NCBI GenBank assembly: GCA_963706595.1
Contig: OY970166.1
Coordinates: 1,824,001 to 1,888,000, forward strand
Direction: 5' to 3'
From: an uncultured cyanobacterium
GTDB taxonomy: Bacteria > Cyanobacteriota > Cyanobacteriia > Cyanobacteriales > Nostocaceae
Length of the DNA stretch: 64,000 nt
The notes under the pieces were generated by a model, which worked only from the letters and a program-made list of their open reading frames with translations, made no database searches and was not told where the DNA came from. The position numbers were made by a program, and so were the translations under genes. Shown piece after piece: positions 1 through 7,489 of this stretch (position 1 is its first letter; every line of letters begins with the position of its first letter).

Positions 1-681
1 GTGACAGTGGCAGGCGATCGCTTTAGTTTAGCTAGTGGTGAAATTATCAAATATCAACGTCGCCTGAATATCCGTTTGGGTTTAATCAACCGTGATGTGT
101 GCTGGCGAAGTCCAGCAGGTTCCACCTTAAACTTCCACTTTGAACGTTTTAGCAGTTTAGCAGATCAACATATTTCGGCAATTCGTTGTCAGATCACATC
201 TATAGACTTTCAAGGTGAGATTACAGTTGAAGTGGGATTTGATGCTCAACTGGATACCCAAGGTGTGCGACATTGGCGAACCTTGAACCAAGGAGGTATT
301 GAGCAGATTATCTGGCTGCAAAGTCGAACTATCCACTCAGGTATTCAACTAGGGATGGCGGCAAAGTTAGTGGTAGATGGTGAGGATACTGCACCCATAT
401 ATGTAGAAAATACTTCGGAATCTTCCAAGTTGGTCACTACTTTTGAGTTATTTCCCGGAAAAACAGTGGCTGTAGAAAAGATTGTCACCCTATTTACCTC
501 ACAAGACACAGAAATTCCCATCGCAGCAGCCCTACAAAGATTAGCTGATGAACCGAGATACAGTAAGCTACTAAATGCTCACACTGCGGCGGCGATGAAT
601 TCCCAGCAAGCAAACAGATTGATAGCGTCAGCTGGTGAAATTAATTCCTCGAAAAATATGAACATGAGAGCAAGCGTTTAG
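1..681 (+). pseudogene. Glycoside hydrolase family 65 (trehalose/maltose phosphorylase-like) N-terminal domain, apparently 3'-truncated; 5' end runs off window
   Basis: GH65 N-domain-like sequence (YQRRLNIRLGLINRDVCWRSP, FERFSSLADQH, EKIVTLFTS). Similarity ends at 'YSKLLNAHTAA', where the catalytic domain should start; a non-homologous tail and a repeat follow. Confidence 0.6.
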
Positions 682-711
682 AGGGTGTTTGAAAAGTCTA
701 ATTTATTAAAG

Positions 712-838
712 CCTTGGCGACTAGAAGTCGCGGCTATACAAACAAAGTCCACCTGCGTGGACTAATGAAGAATTAAGGTTTTCAAACCCACGCAGGTGGG
801 TTTCGCCTGTGTAGCCGCGATTTCCAATCGCCAGGGCT
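712..838. repeat. Nostoc-type palindromic dispersed repeat/MITE-like element
   Basis: Nested inverted arms ccttggcgactagaagtcgcggcta ... tagccgcgatttccaatcgccaggg, with internal hairpins gtccacctgcgtggac and aaacccacgcaggtgggttt. Confidence 0.65.
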
Positions 839-856
839 AGGTGCTGAATCAGATTT

Positions 857-1987
857 TTAAAGTGTGATGGGTGAATCTACATAAATTGTGGGTTCTTGCA
901 TTGTAAACTCAATGCCAAAAGTTACTAATTTTTTAGAAATCTTCTCATTTGCTAACTCCAATAAACGTTTACGTAATTGCAGAGAGTTATCACTAGAACC
1001 CAAAATAAAGAACGTCACTCTTGTTCGAGTTGTTTGCTTGACAGAATTATGATTTAAAAAAGTAATACTGGTGCTTCCGGGATCTATCCCAAACAGTGAG
1101 TTAGTACTTTCGGCTACTACTTGCTCAACTAAGGCTTTTTCTTGATGTTCTAGGACAGTAACAAAATCGAGGTAGAGTAAAACCATTACTTTCTTACCTC
1201 GCGTAATATTCTCAATTTCTAGATTTGCTAATATCGAATTGGGAATAATAAACAAGGTACTCTTCGCCGCAGTGCGAATTTTACTGGAACGAATTCCAAT
1301 TGATTCAACTCTGCCAAATAACCCTTCCGGAATTTGTCCAGATTTCTGTAACCGAATATATTCTCCGGGAATAAAGGGTCTATCTAAATACAAAACAATG
1401 GTTCCTAACAACTGCTCTAATGTCTTTTGTGCCGCAAAAGCGATGGCTAATCCACCGATACCAAAACCAGTTAATAAACCAACTAAATTAAATTGTTGAC
1501 TCTGGGCAAAAGCAATCATAGCAATAAAGCCAATCGTGACGTTTGCGAGAGTTTCAAAGACTAAAAGTAATTCGTCTACTTCCCTGCCCAATTTGCCCAC
1601 TAAGTCAATACCATATACTCGAATAAATTGCCGAAATAAACGAGAAAATAGCCAAGCTAGACTACTAATAACAGCTAAGTCTACAATGGGTAAAAGAAAT
1701 CTATATATAGATTGATATTCGATAATCCATGCTAAAGATAAGGAGATGAGAATTAAAGTACCAGAGATTCTAAATAAGTTTCTAATAGGTTCAATTAAAT
1801 TATTATAAATACTGGCTACCTGCTGCGGTGCAAAACGTCTAATTACAATTCGGATTATTGTTGGTGTATATCTTCCGGCTAGTATAGACAGGAGGATAAA
1901 CAATAAAAATAAGCCAAATCGGGATAGGAATAATATTGTGCTATCGCGCTGGAAAAAGTCCAGAATAATCTGTGAAATGTTATTCAT
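857..1987 (-). CDS. mscS: Small-conductance mechanosensitive channel (MscS family)
   Basis: N-terminal TM helices; GIGGLAIAFAAQKTL, DRPFIPGEYI, GRVESIGIRSSKIRT, IIPNS motifs. Confidence 0.9.
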   Translation of the reverse strand: MNNISQIILDFFQRDSTILFLSRFGLFLLFILLSILAGRYTPTIIRIVIRRFAPQQVASIYNNLIEPIRNLFRISGTLILISLSLAWIIEYQSIYRFLLPIVDLAVISSLAWLFSRLFRQFIRVYGIDLVGKLGREVDELLLVFETLANVTIGFIAMIAFAQSQQFNLVGLLTGFGIGGLAIAFAAQKTLEQLLGTIVLYLDRPFIPGEYIRLQKSGQIPEGLFGRVESIGIRSSKIRTAAKSTLFIIPNSILANLEIENITRGKKVMVLLYLDFVTVLEHQEKALVEQVVAESTNSLFGIDPGSTSITFLNHNSVKQTTRTRVTFFILGSSDNSLQLRKRLLELANEKISKKLVTFGIEFTMQEPTIYVDSPITL

Positions 1988-1992
1988 TATAT

Positions 1993-3090
1993 TTAAATCG
2001 TAATCGGTGAGTCAACGTAAATTGTTGGTTCTTCTATCTCAAATGCAATTCCATATTCTTTTAAATATTGAGTCATGCTTTGAGTAGCCAAATCTAACAG
2101 TTGACGACGTAATTCCATTGAAACATCTCCAGAACCTAAAATAAAGAAAGAAACTTGAGCTTGACTTTTATCTGGGTCTTCTAGATTATTGATATTCTTA
2201 AAGCTTACGTCTGTATTCCGGGAATCTAGTCCAAATATACCATTTGTACTTTCTAAAATAACCTGCCGAATCAGCGCTTTTTCTTCACTGCTGATGGCTC
2301 GATAAAAGGTCAAATACAGTATAGACATGACTTTTTTCGCTCCAGTGAAGTTTTCAATATTCACTTGAGTTAAGGAACTATTGGGAACTATGACGACGGT
2401 TCCTTTACCAGAGGTACGAATACGAGTGGATCTCAAGCCGATAGATTCAACTCTGCCAAAAGTACCGTCGGGAAGTCCGATATAATCATCAATGACGAAG
2501 GGACGGTCAAGATAGATAACTATACCACCTAAGACTTGCTCTAAGGTCTTTTGAGCCGCAAAGGCTACTGCTAATCCACCAATTCCTAAACTGGCTAGCA
2601 ATCCTAAAAGATTAATTTGATGACTTTGAGCATAGAGGAGAATAGCTACAACAATAATGATGATATTGGCTATCCATTTAAACAGGATGAGAAATTCACT
2701 ACTGATTTTTTGCCCAGTTTTAAAAGCAGCGTTTAATAGGTAAAAGTCAAAGAAGTTTTTAAAGAATTTAGAAGCTAATAAACTTGTGGCGATCGCTAAA
2801 GTTAAACTAATAATAATTTCTAAGGTTTTCGACCAGCTATTTTTCGGTAGTTGAATGGAAATAAACTCAACGAAAAAAATTACAGATACAGAAATTATTA
2901 AAATTTCATTAGGTTTAATTAACTTCTGGTAGATATCTTTAGTTTGGAAAAGTTTTAGTTGTTTCAAGAGTAATTTAAACCATCCAAAAGTTAACCGAAA
3001 AGTTACGAATATGAAGGCTCCAACGACTATTCCTATTAAGGCAATTGTGATCTCTTTAATCGTAATGATTTCTGGTAAAAAATCTAACAT
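1993..3090 (-). CDS. mscS: MscS family mechanosensitive channel, tandem paralog
   Basis: GIGGLAVAFAAQKTL, DRPFVIDDYI, GRVESIGLRSTRIRT, IVPNS; same C-terminus EPTIYVDSPIT as the neighbour; 5-bp gap. Confidence 0.9.
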   Translation of the reverse strand: MLDFLPEIITIKEITIALIGIVVGAFIFVTFRLTFGWFKLLLKQLKLFQTKDIYQKLIKPNEILIISVSVIFFVEFISIQLPKNSWSKTLEIIISLTLAIATSLLASKFFKNFFDFYLLNAAFKTGQKISSEFLILFKWIANIIIIVVAILLYAQSHQINLLGLLASLGIGGLAVAFAAQKTLEQVLGGIVIYLDRPFVIDDYIGLPDGTFGRVESIGLRSTRIRTSGKGTVVIVPNSSLTQVNIENFTGAKKVMSILYLTFYRAISSEEKALIRQVILESTNGIFGLDSRNTDVSFKNINNLEDPDKSQAQVSFFILGSGDVSMELRRQLLDLATQSMTQYLKEYGIAFEIEEPTIYVDSPITI

Positions 3091-4103
3091 TTATCCCATG
3101 AATGATGCAATTGTCTCTTTAATTCAATTCTGCACAACAGTCAGCGCTGACTACCTCTTGCAGAAGCGCCTCTAGTTATTGATTAGTTTCGCTCTCAGAG
3201 GCTTAGTCAACGACTAAATTTTGTTTCGCAATCAATATTACAATATTTAGTTACTCATTTGATTGCTGAGAAAATGCTATCCACAAATAAATACTGGATA
3301 GGTAGGCTACGGAGATAATGCAAATATTTAATATACAATTAAAGTCTTCCATGTTACTGAACTCAAGGTAAAAGTGTGTGAGAAGCTGGAGAATTTTAGT
3401 GGATGAACTTTTTCGGCAACATCCAAATTATGGGATGCTGAAAAATAAGTTTAAGTACAAATGCCTAAACTAAGCCAAATTAATTAGGTCAAGCAATTTT
3501 GGATTGGGGATTTTAGATTTTCGATTGATTCCACAGATAAATCTAGGAGCTTGTACTATTAAGGAACTATTGGTCGTTTAATAGATGAAACTACAAATTT
3601 AGGGCTGATTAGACACGGCTAACCCCCAGCAATTATTTATCCAAAATGAATGTACAAGCAAATACACTTTTTAACCTCACCTCAATTCGGCTGAGGTAGG
3701 TGGCTAAAGAGCTGTGATGACTTAAACTTGCCTAATATTTGACTAGCTTTTCACCAAAGCTTTGATTGTGCTGCTAGCCCCACACTGCTGTACAGACCAG
3801 CAGCGATAACCAGCTAGCTAGCATTGGTTAGCCTATGGGTTGATTATGTACGTTATTCTGATCTTTGCTATTTATTATAAATCTAAACTAGACTAAAGCC
3901 CAAAAAATAATTAAAAAATTTAGTCTTTAAGGCTGTTGTGCAGAATGTTGGATTGATGTGGTCGTGATGAAAATCGCAAAAAGTCTGTATTGAGCAGGCG
4001 ATCGCAATGCAAAACTAGTAAAATATACTGATAGCATTTGCTGTGTAGTTTTTCTCCAGTTTAGCTCAATGAGGGTAGGCGATCGCATTAATCCACCTCT
4101 AAC

Positions 4104-4283
4104 TCACTCACCACCAAAATCCTCAATTGTGTTACGTAACAAACCTTCCCGATGCTCATCTGCTTCCCGTCTAGTCTGAGAAACCCACTCTTGAGCATCT
4201 TCACCCAATAGCGGATAGGAGGCCATACTCTTTAAATCACTCCATTTGCTTTGGGATTGTGCTTGAATTTTGTGCTTTTTCAT
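4104..4283 (-). pseudogene. 59-codon ORF resembling the C-terminal half of a small cyanobacterial antitoxin
   Basis: Manual translation MKKHKIQAQSQSKWSDLKSMASYPLLGEDAQEWVSQTRREADEHREG...; below the ORF-track cutoff; in-frame stop just upstream suggests a remnant. Confidence 0.45.
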
Positions 4284-4300
4284 CCGTTATGATCATCAAT

Positions 4301-4654
4301 TTATTGATGTACAATAATAGCTTCTCGACTCATTTCAATGTAAGAGTGCTGTTGAAATAGTTCCACTATAGAGGGAAAATTAAGAGAAAAAAGATTTTCT
4401 AGTTCTGGATTTTTGATATTACCCGTCGTGATTAAAAGTAGTTTATAAGGTTGCTCAATTGTTAAAAAAGAGTCAACAAAATCATAATCTTTAGTGATTA
4501 AGATTCTATTTTGCTGAATTGAGATAGCATTTATTTCAATATCTGATGTAGCATTTTGCGCTGGTAAGTCTCTGGTATGGATTGTGTCGTAATTTGAGGC
4601 TCTGAGAAAGTTAGCAAGGCGGACTGGTAACTGAGCATCAACAATGAATTTCAT
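4301..4654 (-). CDS. DUF5615 PIN-like toxin
   Basis: MKFIVDAQLP...D.EI...RILITKDYDF signature; ATGA overlap with the upstream DUF433 gene. Confidence 0.85.
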   Translation of the reverse strand: MKFIVDAQLPVRLANFLRASNYDTIHTRDLPAQNATSDIEINAISIQQNRILITKDYDFVDSFLTIEQPYKLLLITTGNIKNPELENLFSLNFPSIVELFQQHSYIEMSREAIIVHQ

Positions 4655-4887
4655 GAAGCGATTTTATGAATGCTTTTGACTTGGCTGAGTCTTGCTGCAA
4701 ATAACAGAACAGCCAAAATATCTTCAGATTCTAAGTCGTCATAATCTGCCAATATTTCCTCAGTAGTCATGCCAGAACTGAGCATTTCTAGAATAAACTC
4801 AACTGGATAACGTAGTCCTCTAATGCAGGGTTTTCCGTGACAGATATGAGGGTTCAGGGTGATACGTGTTAGAAGTGTGTCATCCAT
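4651..4887 (-). CDS. DUF433 antitoxin
   Basis: RITLNPHICHGKPCIRGLRYPVEFILEMLSSGMTTEEILADYDDL; start moved to the ATG of MDDTLL. Confidence 0.88.
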   Translation of the reverse strand: MDDTLLTRITLNPHICHGKPCIRGLRYPVEFILEMLSSGMTTEEILADYDDLESEDILAVLLFAARLSQVKSIHKIAS

Positions 4888-4940
4888 GCTGTGAGATATC
4901 CACAAAAATGATCATCATCTATCAGCATATCATCAGGAGC

Positions 4941-5087
4941 TATAGGACTCATATTTGATTTATGAAACACAAGTAGGGTGTGTTCTCACGAAGTGGAACG
5001 CACCAAGACCACAGAAGACGGTGCGTAAAGCCATAACACACCCTACATATACTTAGATTTTTTCAATAATCAAATCGGATTCCTATA
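4941..5087. mobile_element. 147-bp MITE-like element enclosing a GTAGGGTG...CACCCTAC REP-like doublet
   Basis: Imperfect TIRs TATAGGACTCATATTTGATT / AATCAAATCGGATTCCTATA; identical copy (plus an insertion) at 32658-32911. Confidence 0.85.
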
Positions 5088-5259
5088 GAAAGTTAAACTA
5101 ACATTCAGCCATTGAGCGATCGCATCATCTAGGATAACTTTAGCTCAATGAGGTTAGCTCAATGAGGTCAGGCGATGGAACGTTGCTTAGTAGTATAATT
5201 TGAACATGGGTTTTAATCCATAACTATATCTCTTTTGCAAAGACCACTTTGATGTCAGT

Positions 5260-6189
5260 ATGAAAGTTGTATCTATTATTAACTACAAGGGTGGAGTTGG
5301 TAAAACCACTATCACCGCTAATCTAGGAACAGAATTAGCCTGTAGAGGTTATCGAGTGTTATTAATTGATGCTGATCCTCAGTGCAGTTTAACATTTTCT
5401 TTTTTTAACTCTTCCGAGCAATTGGACTGGTTTGAAGAAAAAGAATTGACATTAAAAACATTTTTTACTTCATTAATAAAGCCTATTCCCAACCCCAAAT
5501 CATTTGGTGACGTGAGGGTGAAGGTAAGTAAAATTAATAAAAAAATACAAGAACAGGGTGGAAAAGGTTCATTACACTTAATTGCTTCTCACTTAAAATT
5601 AATTAATATTGATATGGAACTTGCTGGTATCTTGGCAGGTGGAATTGGTAGACATGAACAAGCATCAAGATACTTCAATTGTTTTAGTTCAATTTCTCAA
5701 GGATTAGAAAAATTAAAGTCAAGTTATGACTTTGTTTTAATTGATTGCCCTCCCAATTTCAATATTGTCACTAAAACATCTATAGCAGCTAGTAATTATA
5801 TCTTAATACCATCAAGACCAGACCATTTATCAACATTAGGAATATCCTATTTGAAGGAAAGTGTTATGGAGTTTGTCGAAGAGTATAATGACTATACAAA
5901 ACAAGCTAACATTTCAGTAATTTATCCTAAAATTATTGGAGTAATATTTACAATGGTAAAAGTTCATGCTGGGCAACCAATTAATGCTCATCAAAGATAC
6001 ATGAATAATGTTGTAAAAGAACAAGAACTAAAGATTTTTGATGCTTTTATTAGAGAAAATCAAACTACATTTGCAATAGCTCCAGAAAATGCTATTCCTG
6101 TTGTTTTAAGTGCGGCTTCACCATCACATATTGTTCAAGAACTTAAAGAACTGGTAGATGAATTTGAATATTTGATTAATTTAGATTGA
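5260..6189 (+). CDS. ParA/Soj-family ATPase (accessory, AT-rich)
   Basis: INYKGGVGKTT deviant Walker A, LLIDADPQ, LIDCPP. Confidence 0.85.
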   Translation: MKVVSIINYKGGVGKTTITANLGTELACRGYRVLLIDADPQCSLTFSFFNSSEQLDWFEEKELTLKTFFTSLIKPIPNPKSFGDVRVKVSKINKKIQEQGGKGSLHLIASHLKLINIDMELAGILAGGIGRHEQASRYFNCFSSISQGLEKLKSSYDFVLIDCPPNFNIVTKTSIAASNYILIPSRPDHLSTLGISYLKESVMEFVEEYNDYTKQANISVIYPKIIGVIFTMVKVHAGQPINAHQRYMNNVVKEQELKIFDAFIRENQTTFAIAPENAIPVVLSAASPSHIVQELKELVDEFEYLINLD

Positions 6190-6200
6190 TAGAAAATACT

Positions 6201-6800
6201 ATGGATAATTACCAAGTTAACAACGAACATCACAATGATATTCCAAAGGAAGTAATTGAATTATTCAGAAAACAATGGATAAAATTTAATGATGATCAAA
6301 AAAATGATATTTTGCAAGGTAACGCTCAACTTAGGGTAAATTGTTTTTATCCAAAAGCTGTTAGAAAGAAAGATATTTCATCTCGCAAGCCTATTGATAA
6401 AACTCATCAACATGAAAATTTAGACTATACTCAACTTTCACAAAGATTAGATGAGTTAAATTCAAAAGAAGAGGGAATAGACTTTTTGAAATCGTCTTTC
6501 TCTACAAAAAAATCTCTAGAGTCTTTTGCAAAATTTTTGAAAATCTCGACACAAAAACAAAATCTACAAGAACTGAGAGAAAGTATTGTTTCTGCAACAA
6601 TAGGTTATCGGTTAACAATACAGTTTATTGAAAAAAGAAGAAGACCAAAACTAGAGGATGAATTTTTAGATGAAAATGAAAAATTTACTCAAGTAGTTAA
6701 ATTTTGTATTTTTATTGATCTGGAATTGTATTTTCTTCTTCATATTGAGCTATTGCTTGTTCAATTATTTCATTACTCACATCTGTTAGATCAGACTTAG
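6201..6800 (+). CDS. Hypothetical protein coupled to the ParA-like gene; 3' end overlaps the antisense toxin gene
   Basis: AT-rich ORF directly after parA; the last ~30 codons are antisense to the toxin gene and look like read-through. Confidence 0.5.
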   Translation: MDNYQVNNEHHNDIPKEVIELFRKQWIKFNDDQKNDILQGNAQLRVNCFYPKAVRKKDISSRKPIDKTHQHENLDYTQLSQRLDELNSKEEGIDFLKSSFSTKKSLESFAKFLKISTQKQNLQELRESIVSATIGYRLTIQFIEKRRRPKLEDEFLDENEKFTQVVKFCIFIDLELYFLLHIELLLVQLFHYSHLLDQT

Positions 6801-7089
6801 AATAAATTGTAGTGAGTATAATTCCTTGAGCAGTTTTTAGATAATAAATTACTCTATATCCTCCACTTTTTCCTTTTTGAATATTAGTATTTTTAACACG
6901 AACTTTGAAAACTTGATATTTAATTCCCGCAATTCTATCTCCAGGAATTTCACCTGCTTGTAGTTGATCAATTAAAGGTTGAATATCACTACGAATGGAA
7001 CGATAGCGTTTAGCCAGTTCTCGCAAATCCTTTTGAAAACGAGGAGTAAGAGCAATTTCAATTGGTAGTGGTTCATTATTATTCTGCAT
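6712..7089 (-). CDS. RelE/ParE (HigB-like) type II toxin
   Basis: TPRFQKDLRELAKRYRSI...KVRVKN...GKSGGYRVIYY...TIYSKSD. Confidence 0.88.
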   Translation of the reverse strand: MQNNNEPLPIEIALTPRFQKDLRELAKRYRSIRSDIQPLIDQLQAGEIPGDRIAGIKYQVFKVRVKNTNIQKGKSGGYRVIYYLKTAQGIILTTIYSKSDLTDVSNEIIEQAIAQYEEENTIPDQ

Positions 7090-7333
7090 CTATCCCTTCC
7101 CACATTTGTGAAAGGGGTATAGTTTGTCCACTTAATGCTTCTTTTATTCCCTGATTAATACCTTCAATTACAATTTCTGTGGGTGTTTCTTCAAGAAATG
7201 AATTTTTCTCTAATTGGAAAATAGATTTTTGTAGCAATTGCAATGTATAAGTTTCCACAGAAAGACCTTGCTGTTGTGCTTCCTGTGTTAAATACTGTTC
7301 TAATTCTGGTGGTAAGCTGAGGATTAGTGTCAT
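7079..7333 (-). CDS. Cognate antitoxin
   Basis: MTLILSLPPELEQYL...GIKEALSGQTIPLSQMWEGIDAE; overlaps the toxin start; ATG at 7333 preferred. Confidence 0.8.
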   Translation of the reverse strand: MTLILSLPPELEQYLTQEAQQQGLSVETYTLQLLQKSIFQLEKNSFLEETPTEIVIEGINQGIKEALSGQTIPLSQMWEGIDAE

Positions 7334-7489
7334 AAGTCTATTGTGAGTGACTTTATATATTGTAAACCTGTAAAAACCAAAAATTAACCCCAAAATACCA
7401 ATGTGTGATGTTGGGTTTCTTTCCGTCAACCGAACCTACGACTTATAATTGATCGGATAACCTGCACATATAATCTTAGGCATGAGACT

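Noticed and set aside
3290..3720. c-di-AMP (ydaO) riboswitch upstream of the mscS pair
   Set aside because: Only a weak partial match (ggctacggag near 3305); the other conserved blocks were not seen. An Infernal/Rfam scan would decide.
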